64,000 nt of DNA, from NCBI GenBank assembly GCA_963847705.1, contig CAWKBC010000017.1:233795-297794 (forward strand), given 5' to 3'. Position numbers and translations under genes: made by a program. The stretch is from an uncultured Pseudomonadota bacterium. GTDB taxonomy: Bacteria; Myxococcota_A; Polyangia; Fen-1088. Shown in pieces: positions 1 through 9,953 of the stretch. The notes beneath the pieces were generated by a model that saw only the letters and a list, made by a program, of their open reading frames with translations, had not been told where the DNA came from and searched no databases. How positions within the stretch are numbered: the first letter of the stretch is position 1; each line of letters begins with the position of its first letter.

Positions 1-167
1 TGGAGGTCCTCGACGAGGATGAGCTGCCCGTCCTCGTCGACCCGGAGGTGGCGGCCCACATCGCCGCCGGCAAAGCGGCGATTCTGGGCGCGCCGACTCT
101 GCTGATGGCGGAGATCGAGACCGCCTCCCGGGCGCTGTTCCCGCTGGCCTTTCCAGCGTCCGGTTAA
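1..167 (+). CDS. 3' end of a CDS truncated by the window edge, possibly DUF402-like
   Basis: Open frame from position 3 (EVLDEDELPVLVDPEVAAHIAAGK...FPASG*) with GC3-rich codons. Its TAA (165-167) overlaps the gluQ stop in a TTAA. Confidence 0.5.
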   Translation, partial: EVLDEDELPVLVDPEVAAHIAAGKAAILGAPTLLMAEIETASRALFPLAFPASG

Positions 168-1111
168 GGGAGCTCGACCACCACGGGCTCGCGCGCGATC
201 GCCGACAGTGAGAATCCGCCGACGAGCGCGGCGGCCGGCAGCGACCGGCCGGGAGGACGAAGACCTGCCGAGGCGGCCAGCGCTCCCACCACGGTCTCGG
301 GCGCCACCCCCCGATCGCGCAGCGAGGCGAGCGTCGCCGGGCGCGTCCGCTTCGCCAGCCGCTCGCCGCCGGGCGTGACCACCAGCGGAACGTGTGCGAA
401 GGCCGGCGGGGTCAGCTCGAGCGCGCGGTAAAGCGCGATCTGCCGCGGGGTCGAGCGCAGCAGATCGTCGCCGCGCACGACGCGCGTCACCTGCATCGCC
501 GCGTCGTCGACGACCACGGCCAGCTGGTACGCGGCGGTGCCGTCGGCGCGGCGCAGGACGAAGTCGTCGACGCCACCCGCCTCGCTGGTCACCGCGCCAT
601 GAACCTCGTCGACGAAGTCGATCCGTTGCCCGCGGCCCACGAACCGCACGGCCGGCGCTCTCCCCTGGGCCTCCGCGCGCGCCGTCACGGCGGCGGGGTC
701 GGTGTCGCGGCAGGTCCCGGGGTAGCGCGGCTCTGCCGCGGCGTCGTCATGCGGCGCGCTGGCGGCGCGGGCCACGTCGGCGCGCGAGCAGGCGCAGAGG
801 AACGCCCGTTGCGAGACCAGCAGCCGCTCGATCGCCGCGTCGTAGTCTCGGGTGCGCTCGCTCTGTCGGTAGGGCGCGAACGGACCGCCGCGATCGGGCC
901 CCTCGTCCCAGTCGAGCCCCAACCAGGCGAGATCCTCGAGCTGTCGCCGCTCGGCGTCGGGCTGCAGGCGTGCCCGATCGAGATCTTCGATCCGCATCAG
1001 GAAAGCGCCCCCCGCGCTGCGGGCGTCGAGCCAGGCGAAGAGCGCGGTCCGCGCGTTGCCGAGGTGAAGCTGGCCGGTGGGGCTGGGGGCGAAGCGGCCG
1101 CGGACCGGCAT
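164..1111 (-). CDS. gluQ: Glutamyl-Q tRNA(Asp) synthetase
   Basis: GRFAPSPTGQLHLGN HIGH-like motif, RIEDLD, CxCSR zinc motif, YQLAVVVDD, RLAKR. 315 aa with no anticodon-binding domain. Confidence 0.9.
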   Translation of the reverse strand: MPVRGRFAPSPTGQLHLGNARTALFAWLDARSAGGAFLMRIEDLDRARLQPDAERRQLEDLAWLGLDWDEGPDRGGPFAPYRQSERTRDYDAAIERLLVSQRAFLCACSRADVARAASAPHDDAAAEPRYPGTCRDTDPAAVTARAEAQGRAPAVRFVGRGQRIDFVDEVHGAVTSEAGGVDDFVLRRADGTAAYQLAVVVDDAAMQVTRVVRGDDLLRSTPRQIALYRALELTPPAFAHVPLVVTPGGERLAKRTRPATLASLRDRGVAPETVVGALAASAGLRPPGRSLPAAALVGGFSLSAIAREPVVVELP

Positions 1112-1653
1112 CAGTAGACGATCAGCGATTCGATCTGCGTCCCCGCCAGGCGGTCCCGGCCGCGCAGAAAGCCGAGCTCGACGGCGAACGCCAGGACGCC
1201 GACCTCGCCGCCGAGCTCGCGGACCAGCTCCAGCGTCGCCAGCGCGGTCCCGCCCGTCGCCAGCAGATCGTCGACGATGGCCACGCGCGCCCCCTCCACC
1301 ACGGCGTCGGCGTGGATCTCCAGCGTGTCGGTGCCGTACTCGAGCGCGTAGCTGCGGCTGGCGGTCCGGAACGGGAGCTTCCCCGGCTTCCGCACCGGCG
1401 CGAACCCGATCCCCAGGGCAGCGGCCACCGGGGCGCCGAAGATGAAGCCCCGCGACTCGACGGCCACGACAACCTCCGGCCGATGCGGCGCCAGCCGCTC
1501 CGCCAGCAGCTCGACGGTCTGTTTGAACGCCGGGCCGTCGCCCATCAGCGGCGTCAGATCGTAGAACAGGATTCCCGGCTTCGGGAAGTCGGGGATGTCG
1601 CGGACGCGGGCGCGCAGCAGCGCCAGGCGCGGATCTTCTGTGGGCGCGCTCAT
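1111..1653 (-). CDS. apt: Adenine phosphoribosyltransferase
   Basis: IPDFPKPGILFYD, ESRGF, YALEYG and PRPP-binding VDDLLATGGT. Confidence 0.96.
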   Translation of the reverse strand: MSAPTEDPRLALLRARVRDIPDFPKPGILFYDLTPLMGDGPAFKQTVELLAERLAPHRPEVVVAVESRGFIFGAPVAAALGIGFAPVRKPGKLPFRTASRSYALEYGTDTLEIHADAVVEGARVAIVDDLLATGGTALATLELVRELGGEVGVLAFAVELGFLRGRDRLAGTQIESLIVY

Positions 1654-2399
1654 GGTGTCTCCCCCAGCGGCGGTAGGTAGCTCATCGGGTCACGAGGAAT
1701 TTGCCCGCGTCGGACCTCGAAGTGCAAGTGCGGTCCCGTGGCGTGCCCGCTCTGGCCGACCAGCGCGATGCGGTCACCAGCCCGGACGGACTGCCCCTGG
1801 GAGACCAGCAGGACGGAGTTGTGCGCGTACGCGGTCAGCAGATCTCCCGCGTGCTTCAGCACGATCAGATTCCCGTAGCCGCGGATGCCGGCCCCCGCAT
1901 AAACCACGCGGCCGTCGGCCGCCGCGAACACGGGCGTGCCGACCGGCGCCGGCAGATCGATCCCCTCGTGGGGCTTGCCCCAGCGGGCGCCGAACGGAGA
2001 GCCGATCAGGATGTGGATCGTCGTCAGCGGCCAGCGGAGCGCGGGGGCCGAGCCCAGCCCCAGATCGGCCGCGGTCGCGGCGCCGGCGGTGGGGTCCGGC
2101 GCTGCTTTCGGCGCGTCCCCGGTCATCAGGAACAACAGCGTCCCCGGCTTCACCCGCGCCGCGCTCTCGAAGCCATTCAGCTCCAGGATGTCCTCGGGCG
2201 GGACGCCCGCGCGCCTGGCGATGAGGTCCAGCGTCTCCCCCGCCTCGACCACGTACCAGTGTCCGGGCGGGTTCGTGGGATGCATCGGCGGCCGGTGGCC
2301 CTGACATCCCAGCAAGAGCAGCAGGCCCACCCAGGCGACGGCCCGGGGGCCCGGGACGGCCGCCCGGAAGCGGAGACTAGGCTGCTGGCGCGCCGCCAC
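1650..2399 (-). CDS. nlpD: LysM + M23 peptidase lipoprotein (NlpD-like); start approximate
   Basis: Lipobox LLLGC, LysM (YVVEAGETLDLIARR), M23 motifs HEGIDL, YAH and GPHLHFEVR. Follows surE-pcm. The longer ORF call overlaps pcm and is spurious. Confidence 0.8.
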   Translation of the reverse strand: MAARQQPSLRFRAAVPGPRAVAWVGLLLLLGCQGHRPPMHPTNPPGHWYVVEAGETLDLIARRAGVPPEDILELNGFESAARVKPGTLLFLMTGDAPKAAPDPTAGAATAADLGLGSAPALRWPLTTIHILIGSPFGARWGKPHEGIDLPAPVGTPVFAAADGRVVYAGAGIRGYGNLIVLKHAGDLLTAYAHNSVLLVSQGQSVRAGDRIALVGQSGHATGPHLHFEVRRGQIPRDPMSYLPPLGETP

Positions 2400-3075
2400 C
2401 GACACCGAACCGGCCGAGGAGGTCGACGTATCGGCAGCGCGTGTCGTAGGAGATCGTGAAGTCGTCGCCGGTGCGACGGACGAGCGCCAGCGTCTGCTCT
2501 TCAGTGCCGCCGAGCGGTATGACCAGGCGGCCACCTTCAGCCAGCTCGGCCGCCAGGAGCGGCGGGACGCGCGGCGCGCCAGCCGAGACGATGATGACGT
2601 CGTAGGGGGCGTGCGCCGGCCAGCCGCCGCCGCCGTCGAACGTCTCCAGGGTGACGTTGCGAAGGCCGATCTCGGCCAACACCCGACGCGCGCGGGCGGC
2701 CAACGAGGGAACGATCTCGATGGCGAACACCTCCGCCGCCAGCTCTGCGAGGACGGCCGCCTGATACCCGGAGCCTGCCCCCACCTCCAGCGCGCGATCG
2801 GTCGGGTGAACCTCCGCCAGCTCGGTGGCGCGCGCCACCATGTAGGGCTGCGAGATGGTCTGGCCGTGACCGATGGACAGCGGACGATCGTCGTAGGCCA
2901 TCGGGAGCAGGCGTTCGTCGACGAAGCGATGGCGGGGGACCAGCCCCATCGCCCCCAGCACCCGAGGATCGCGGATCTCACGGTGTACGAGCTGCTCGAT
3001 CACCATCGCCCGCCGCGCCTCGGCGAAGTCGTCGCCACCGTCGCCACCTCCTCGCCCCCCCCGCGTCTCGTCCAT
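2377..3075 (-). CDS. pcm: Protein-L-isoaspartate O-methyltransferase
   Basis: VPRHRF, GQTISQPYMVA, LEVGAGSGYQAA, APYDVI. Confidence 0.95.
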   Translation of the reverse strand: MDETRGGRGGGDGGDDFAEARRAMVIEQLVHREIRDPRVLGAMGLVPRHRFVDERLLPMAYDDRPLSIGHGQTISQPYMVARATELAEVHPTDRALEVGAGSGYQAAVLAELAAEVFAIEIVPSLAARARRVLAEIGLRNVTLETFDGGGGWPAHAPYDVIIVSAGAPRVPPLLAAELAEGGRLVIPLGGTEEQTLALVRRTGDDFTISYDTRCRYVDLLGRFGVGGGAPAA

Positions 3076-3083
3076 GACGGTGG

Positions 3084-3881
3084 TTAACTCTTAGCGCGTT
3101 CGATCGCGGCGTGCACGAATTTCCCCACCTGCCAGTTGCCGAGCTCGCCGATGAGCCCGGTGTGGGTGAGGTCGAGGCCGAGCGGCGTCACGGAGGCGAG
3201 GCCGTCGCGCACGGCGCTGAGGTCGGAGCCCGGCAGATCGGTGGCGTTCTCCTCGGGGCCGCCGATCCAGTAGTAGGCGCGGCCGCGCAGATCCTGGCGC
3301 ACCTCGACCTGATCGCGGTAGACGCGACGGCCGAGGAAGGTCACGCGGTAGCCGGAGACAGGACCAGCCGGCAGGTTCACGCTCAGCAGCGAGGCGTCCG
3401 GAATGGCCCTGTCACCGCGCCGGAGGATCTCCTCCGCCAGCGCCGCGCCAAAGCGCGCGGCGTGAGAGAAGTCCTGTGGGCGGCGCCGCTCGAGCGACAG
3501 CGCCAGCGCCGGCACGCCCCGCAGCGCGCCCTCCACGGCGCCCGCGACCGTCCCCGAGTAGAAGACGTCGGAGCCGAGGTTGAACCCGTTGTTGATCCCC
3601 GAGACCACCAGCGCCGGCCGTCGGGGCACGAGGTGCATCAGCGCCAGGTAGACGCAGTCGACCGGCGTGCCGTCGATCGAGAAGACGCCCTCCTCGATCT
3701 CGTCGACCCGCAGCGGGCGGTCGAGCGAGATCGAGTGCGAGGCGGCGCTCCGCTCGCGATCCGGCGCCGCCACCATCACCTGCCCGATCGCCGCCAGCGC
3801 CTCCCGCGCCGCGCGAATCCCCGGCGCCCCCACCCCGTCGTCGTTCGTCAGCAGGATCAGCGGCTGGTCACTCATCTTCAT
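3084..3881 (-). CDS. surE: 5'/3'-nucleotidase SurE
   Basis: ILLTNDDG, GTPVDCV, SGINNGFNLG, YSGTVAGA. The start may be the second ATG (3875). Confidence 0.96.
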   Translation of the reverse strand: MKMSDQPLILLTNDDGVGAPGIRAAREALAAIGQVMVAAPDRERSAASHSISLDRPLRVDEIEEGVFSIDGTPVDCVYLALMHLVPRRPALVVSGINNGFNLGSDVFYSGTVAGAVEGALRGVPALALSLERRRPQDFSHAARFGAALAEEILRRGDRAIPDASLLSVNLPAGPVSGYRVTFLGRRVYRDQVEVRQDLRGRAYYWIGGPEENATDLPGSDLSAVRDGLASVTPLGLDLTHTGLIGELGNWQVGKFVHAAIERAKS

Positions 3882-3883
3882 TA

Positions 3884-3959
<76 letters not shown>

Positions 3960-4005
3960 CGACTTTTGTTCTTGAGCTTCGTTTGGTCGTTTCTTTGGTT
4001 CTCTT

Positions 4006-4413
4006 CTACTTTTCTTCCGCGCAGATACGTATCAGATCTTGAAGCCCTTGCTTGATCTTTCGTAGCGTTTCCGGGGCGATTCCGGTCTGGGCGGCGGGCT
4101 GTGCCGGGACCGGCCCCTCTTCGTCGTGGCCGAGCGCGCGCAGGCGGGTGCGGGCCCCTTCGATGGTGTAGCGCTTGTCGTAGAGCAGGTGGCGAATCTT
4201 GAGCAAGAGCTCGACGTCGCGCCGCTTGTAGAGGCGCTGCTGAGAGCGGGTCTTCTGCGGCTTCACCGACTTGAACTCGGTCTCCCAGTAGCGAAGGACG
4301 TAGGGCTTCACGCCGCACAGACGCGCCGCTTCGCCGATCTTGAAGTAGGGCTTGTCCGGGATCCCCGAGCCGTCCGTCGGTGGCGCGCGGCGGGGCGATT
4401 TTCCTGGCCTCAT
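4006..4413 (-). CDS. MerR-family HTH regulator (ihfA-associated)
   Basis: IPDKPYFKIGEAARLCGVKPYVLRYWETEF, YTIEGAR. Confidence 0.92.
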   Translation of the reverse strand: MRPGKSPRRAPPTDGSGIPDKPYFKIGEAARLCGVKPYVLRYWETEFKSVKPQKTRSQQRLYKRRDVELLLKIRHLLYDKRYTIEGARTRLRALGHDEEGPVPAQPAAQTGIAPETLRKIKQGLQDLIRICAEEK

Positions 4414-4438
4414 TCCCGGGGCCTCAGCGTCCGCCGGC

Positions 4439-4723
4439 TCAATCGTTGAGGACGTTCTTCAGGACCTGGCTCGGCTTGAAGGTCAGCACGCGGCGCGCGC
4501 TGATGGTGATCTCCTGGCCGGTCTGCGGGTTGCGTCCCGCGCGCGCGTTCTTGTCGCGCACCACGAAGTTGCCGAACCCGGAGATCTTGATCTTCTCCCC
4601 GCGCTCGAGCGTCTCCTTGATCGTGTCGAACACGGTCTCGACGATCTCGGCGGCCTCCTTCTTCGAGAACCCACCAACCTTCTCGTAGACGTTCTCCACA
4701 ATGTCGGCCTTCGTCATGACCAT
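4439..4723 (-). CDS. ihfA: Integration host factor alpha
   Basis: MTKADIV, KISGFGNF, GRNPQTG. Downstream of pheT. Confidence 0.93.
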   Translation of the reverse strand: MVMTKADIVENVYEKVGGFSKKEAAEIVETVFDTIKETLERGEKIKISGFGNFVVRDKNARAGRNPQTGQEITISARRVLTFKPSQVLKNVLND

Positions 4724-4786
4724 ACGTTCTATATCATCGAACCGGCTGGGCTGAAAAGCCTGCGGCCGCGGCTGAGGTCGGGCGGC

Positions 4787-7221
4787 CTACTGTCGAAGGA
4801 CCACCGAGGGGGCCGCCTTCAGCGCCGCCACGATCCTGGCGTGGGCGGCGTCGACCTCCAGGTCGGTCAAGGTCCGATCCTCGGCCCGGTAGACCAGCGT
4901 CCAGAGCATCCCCTTCTTGCCGGGGGGCGCATAGCGCGGATCGCGGTAGTCCTCGAGGACGGCCAGATCGCGCAGCAGGGGCTCGGCGGCCGAGACCAGC
5001 AGCGCCCGCTGCGCGTCGGCGCTCACCGCGGCGTCGATCCAGAACGAGAGATCGCGCGACGAGGCGGGGAAACGCGGCGGGGCCACGCTGCGGACCGGGC
5101 GCCGCTCGCCGGCGATCGCGTCGAGCGCGACCTCCAGATAAAACGCCGTGGCGTCGAGGCCCAGCTTTCGCCGGAGCCGCGGGTGAATCTCCCCCACCTG
5201 GCCGATGAGGTGTCCGGCCGTGCCGCTGGTGCGGATCTCGGCCGAGACGCCGGGGTGAAACAGCGCGGGCGCGCTGGCCGGTGTCGTCGCTGGGGCTGCC
5301 GGCACGAACGCCGGCGCCTCGACCCCCAGCACGCGCAGGAGCTCGCGGGCGATCTGCTTGGCGTCGAAGAAGTCGACCGCCTCGTCGGGCTTGAGCCAGC
5401 CGGCGCGGCGGCCGACCACGATGGCCGCGGCTGCCGGCGTCTCGACGGGGGCCTCCTTGGGATCGGCCGCGCGGCGGACGATCGGGCCGACCTCGAACAG
5501 GGCGACGTCGGTGACACTGCGGGCGAGGTTCCGGCGGGCGGCGTCGACCAGGCCGGGGAGCAGCGACGTCCGCATCACCTCGTAGTCGGCGGAGATCGGA
5601 TTCTTCAGCGCGATGCCGTCGGCCAGCCCGCCCCCCAGCGCCGCCAGCCAGGGGCGCGGGACGAAGCCCCAGCTGACGATCTCGGTCAGGCCGATGGCGG
5701 CCAGCGCGTCGCGGGCCCGATCGGCCAGCGCCTCGGGGCTGGGGGCCGGCGCGCCGCTCCCGCGCGGCAGCCGCGCCGGCGCGCGGTCATACCCGACGAG
5801 CCGCATGACCTCCTCGACGAGATCCTCTTCGATGGTCACGTCGGGACGGAAGGTCGGCACGGTGGCGGCGATGGCGTCGGCGCCGTCGGGTGCGCTGGCG
5901 ATGCCGATCGCCGCCAGCTTCTCGGCGGCCTGCCCGAGCGGGATCTCGAAGCCCGCCAGCCGGGTGAGGCCGGCCGCCGAGAGCGTGACCCGGCGCGGAT
6001 GCTGCTGCTGCGGGTAGCGGTCGATCCCCTCGCCCGCCAGCGCTCCGCCGCCGAGGCGGGCCAGCATCGCCGCGGCCCGCCGGCTGGCGTGCGGCACCCC
6101 TTCGGCGTCGACGCCGCGCTCGAACCGGTGCGACGCCTCGCTGTGCAGGCCGAGCCGCTTGGCGGTCCGGCGCACGGCGCGCGGATCGAAGGTCGCCGCC
6201 TCCAGCAGGACCGCGGTCGTCGTCGCCGAGACCTCGCTCTCGGCGCCGCCCATCACCCCCGCCAGCGCGATGGCCCCCTGCCCGTCGGCGATCACCACGT
6301 CGCCCTCCTGCAGCGGGCGCTCGACGCCGTCGAGCGTCTTGAGCTTCTCGCCCCGGTTGGCGCGCCGGGCCTGGACGATCCCGCCCCGCAGCCGATCGAG
6401 ATCGAAGGCGTGCAGCGGGTGGCCGGTCTCCAGCATCACGTAGTTGGTGACGTCGACCAGGTTCGAGATCGCCCGCACGCCGCAGGCGGCGAGACGCACG
6501 CGCATCGCCAGAGGGCTGGGCCCGACCTTGAGGCCGGTGATGACGCGGGCGGCGTAGCGCGGGCAGGCCGCCGGATCGCGGATCTCGACGTCGACGCCCC
6601 GCCCTTGCGGCAGCGCGATCTGCGCGACGTTGTCGACCGGCGGCAGCCGCCAGGGGGTCTCGAACAGCGCGGCGACCTCGCGGGCGATCCCGGCGTGCGA
6701 GAGCGCGTCGGGCCGGTTCGGCGTGACGTTCACCTCGAGGATCTCGTCGAGCAGGCCGACGTGGCGCGCCAGATCGGCGCCCACCGGCGTGTCAGGAGAC
6801 AGAATCAAGATTCCGTCACCTTCTTCGCCGAGCGCCCAGCTCGATCTCGCTGCAGATCATCCCCGGCGACATCACGCCGCGGATCTCGCGCCGATCGAGC
6901 GTCTTGCCGCCCGGCAGCGTCGCGCCCGGCTGCGCCCAGGCGACCTTGCCGCCCGCGGCGGGAACGTTCGGGCGCGCCGCAGACGACCTCTTCTTCGGCG
7001 CCGCCCGCCGCCAGGCGCACGATCGACAGCGTGTCGGCCGCCGGGGTGCGGCCGCTTGCCGCAGCACCTCGGCCACGACCACGCCGGTCAGATCGCGCCC
7101 CCGGCGCTCGACCGACTCGACCTCCAGGCCGGCCAGCGAGAGCCGTCCCGCGACGCTGTCGGCCGTGACGCCCGGTTTGAGGTCGACAGAGCTCGCGCAG
7201 CCAATTGAAGGAGATCTTCAC
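4787..7221 (-). CDS. pheT: Phenylalanyl-tRNA synthetase beta subunit (several frameshifts in 6800-7190, probably sequencing errors)
   Basis: MKISFNWLREL start. Fragments VVCGAP/NV and SPGMICSEIELG lie in different frames. Continuous from VTPNRPDALSH to the FDX-ACB domain. Confidence 0.93.
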
Positions 7222-7235
7222 GGGTCGTCTCTAGC

Positions 7236-8319
<1,084 letters not shown>

Positions 8320-8378
8320 GGCGCGCTCGTGACGTCCTTCGACGTTTGAAGTTGCCGGGCGCGTCGGCGGGCGCGCGG

Positions 8379-8732
8379 CTAGGCCGCGGCCTGCGCGGTC
8401 TCGACGACCTTCTTGAAGGCGGCGGGGTCGCTGATGGCGAGATCCGAGAGGATCTTGCGGTCGATGGCGATGTTGGCCTTGTCGAGCGCGGCGATCAGCC
8501 TGGAGTACGAGACGCCCAGCTCGCGCGCGGCGGCGTTGATGCGCACGATCCAGAGCCCACGGAAGTCCGGTTTGCGCTTACGCCGGTGAAAGAGCGCATA
8601 GCGCCACTTGCGGTGGACCGCTTCGACTGCGGCCTTCCAGAGCTTGGACCGACCGCCGCGGAAGCCCTTGGCGGCCTTCCGGATCTTGTTGCGGCGATGA
8701 CGGGACTTGTAACCACCTTTTGCGCGCGGCAT
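8379..8732 (-). CDS. rplT: 50S ribosomal protein L20
   Basis: MPRAKGG, AKGFRG, FRGLWIVRINAAAR, DRKILSDLA. Confidence 0.97.
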   Translation of the reverse strand: MPRAKGGYKSRHRRNKIRKAAKGFRGGRSKLWKAAVEAVHRKWRYALFHRRKRKPDFRGLWIVRINAAARELGVSYSRLIAALDKANIAIDRKILSDLAISDPAAFKKVVETAQAAA

Positions 8733-8756
8733 GACTTGGCTTTCCGACTTTCTACG

Positions 8757-8960
8757 CTAGGCGTAAGGGAGCATCGCTTTGATCTGATGCTCTTGGGTCT
8801 TGCTGACGTAGGCGCCGCGGCGGAGCTTTCGCTTCGCGCTGGACGACTTCGCACCGAGGTTGTGGCGCAGGTAGGCTTTCTTCCGCTTGACGCGCCCGTT
8901 GGCGGTCAGCTTGAAACGCTTCTTCGCGCTGCTGTTCGACTTCATCTTGATCTTGGCCAT
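8757..8960 (-). CDS. rpmI: 50S ribosomal protein L35
   Basis: KMKSNSSAKKRFKLTANG...MLPYA, immediately upstream of rplT. Confidence 0.96.
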   Translation of the reverse strand: MAKIKMKSNSSAKKRFKLTANGRVKRKKAYLRHNLGAKSSSAKRKLRRGAYVSKTQEHQIKAMLPYA

Positions 8961-8973
8961 GACGGAGCGCGGA

Positions 8974-9001
8974 AGTATATCGATCTCGAACCTTTGGGCA
9001 A
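8974..9001 (-). promoter_or_regulatory. Candidate sigma70 promoter for rpmI-rplT
   Basis: TTGCCC-16 nt-TATACT, with the -10 box 13 nt upstream of the rpmI ATG. Confidence 0.6.
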
Positions 9002-9098
9002 GAGATTCCATGCCACATCGAGAACTCTTCCGCAGACCCTGTTACAGAGGCATCTTGGAGCGGTCTCGGGCCCCGAGGGCCGCCATCGAGGTCCGCCA

Positions 9099-9953
9099 TC
9101 ATGGTTCCCAGCCCACGAAGACGCTGGCGATGACGTTGGTGCGGTCGTCGCCCGCCACCGGGGCTTCGGCCAGAAACGCCAGCCAGAGCCCATGCGCCAG
9201 GGCCGAACGCATGCCGGCGCGCGGGGTGATGCTGATGAGCGTCACCATTGGCGCCACCTCGCTCCGGAGGCTGCCTCCGGCAAAGAGCGCGAAGGCGGGC
9301 TTGGGGGCGAACCAGACCTCGGCCAGAGCCGCAGGCTGGAGCTGACCGTGGGCCTGCCCCCCGGTGACGATGAGCGGTCCGGCCAGCGACACCCCGCCAT
9401 CGGCCAGCCAGCGCCGGCTGAGCCGCGCGCGGCCGCTGGCCCCCAGCTCGAGCCCGGTCTCGATTCCGCTCTGACGGGCGGTGTCGATCGGCAGCAGAGC
9501 CCGGGCGTAGGCGGCGACGGCAGCGCGCGCGCCGCCCGCCAGCAGCAGGTGATAACCGACCGTCGCGGGCCCGAATGAGGCTTCGGTCGCCGCCAGTCCG
9601 GCGTCGTTGACGTACTGGTAGGTGATGAGGTCGACGGCGAGAGAGATCCCGCTCCGGGCGTTGATCCGCCGCCGCGCGCGCACCGTTCCGCTGGCGACGA
9701 TGCGCCCCTCGAAGTCGGGCGCCGCGCTTCCGTCGAAGAGCTCGCCGCGCAGGCGCAGGGAGAGGTCGGAGCCCGGACAGGTTTCTGGGATGGCGCCGAA
9801 GTCGGCCGGTTGCGCCGCCTCGGTCCCTCCCGCCAGCGGTCCGGCCGCCGCCTCGAATCGGCCCGGACAGACGCCACCCGCGAGCTCGGCGCGCGCCGCG
9901 CCGGCGGCGCACAGAACGCAGCCGAGCAGCGCCGCCGCGACTATCCCTCTCAC
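9099..9953 (-). CDS. Secreted hypothetical protein, possibly outer-membrane beta-barrel
   Basis: GTG overlapping the upstream TGA. Signal peptide ending AARA, amphipathic beta-strands, aromatic residue near the C-terminus (VFVGWEP). Confidence 0.65.
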   Translation of the reverse strand: MRGIVAAALLGCVLCAAGAARAELAGGVCPGRFEAAAGPLAGGTEAAQPADFGAIPETCPGSDLSLRLRGELFDGSAAPDFEGRIVASGTVRARRRINARSGISLAVDLITYQYVNDAGLAATEASFGPATVGYHLLLAGGARAAVAAYARALLPIDTARQSGIETGLELGASGRARLSRRWLADGGVSLAGPLIVTGGQAHGQLQPAALAEVWFAPKPAFALFAGGSLRSEVAPMVTLISITPRAGMRSALAHGLWLAFLAEAPVAGDDRTNVIASVFVGWEP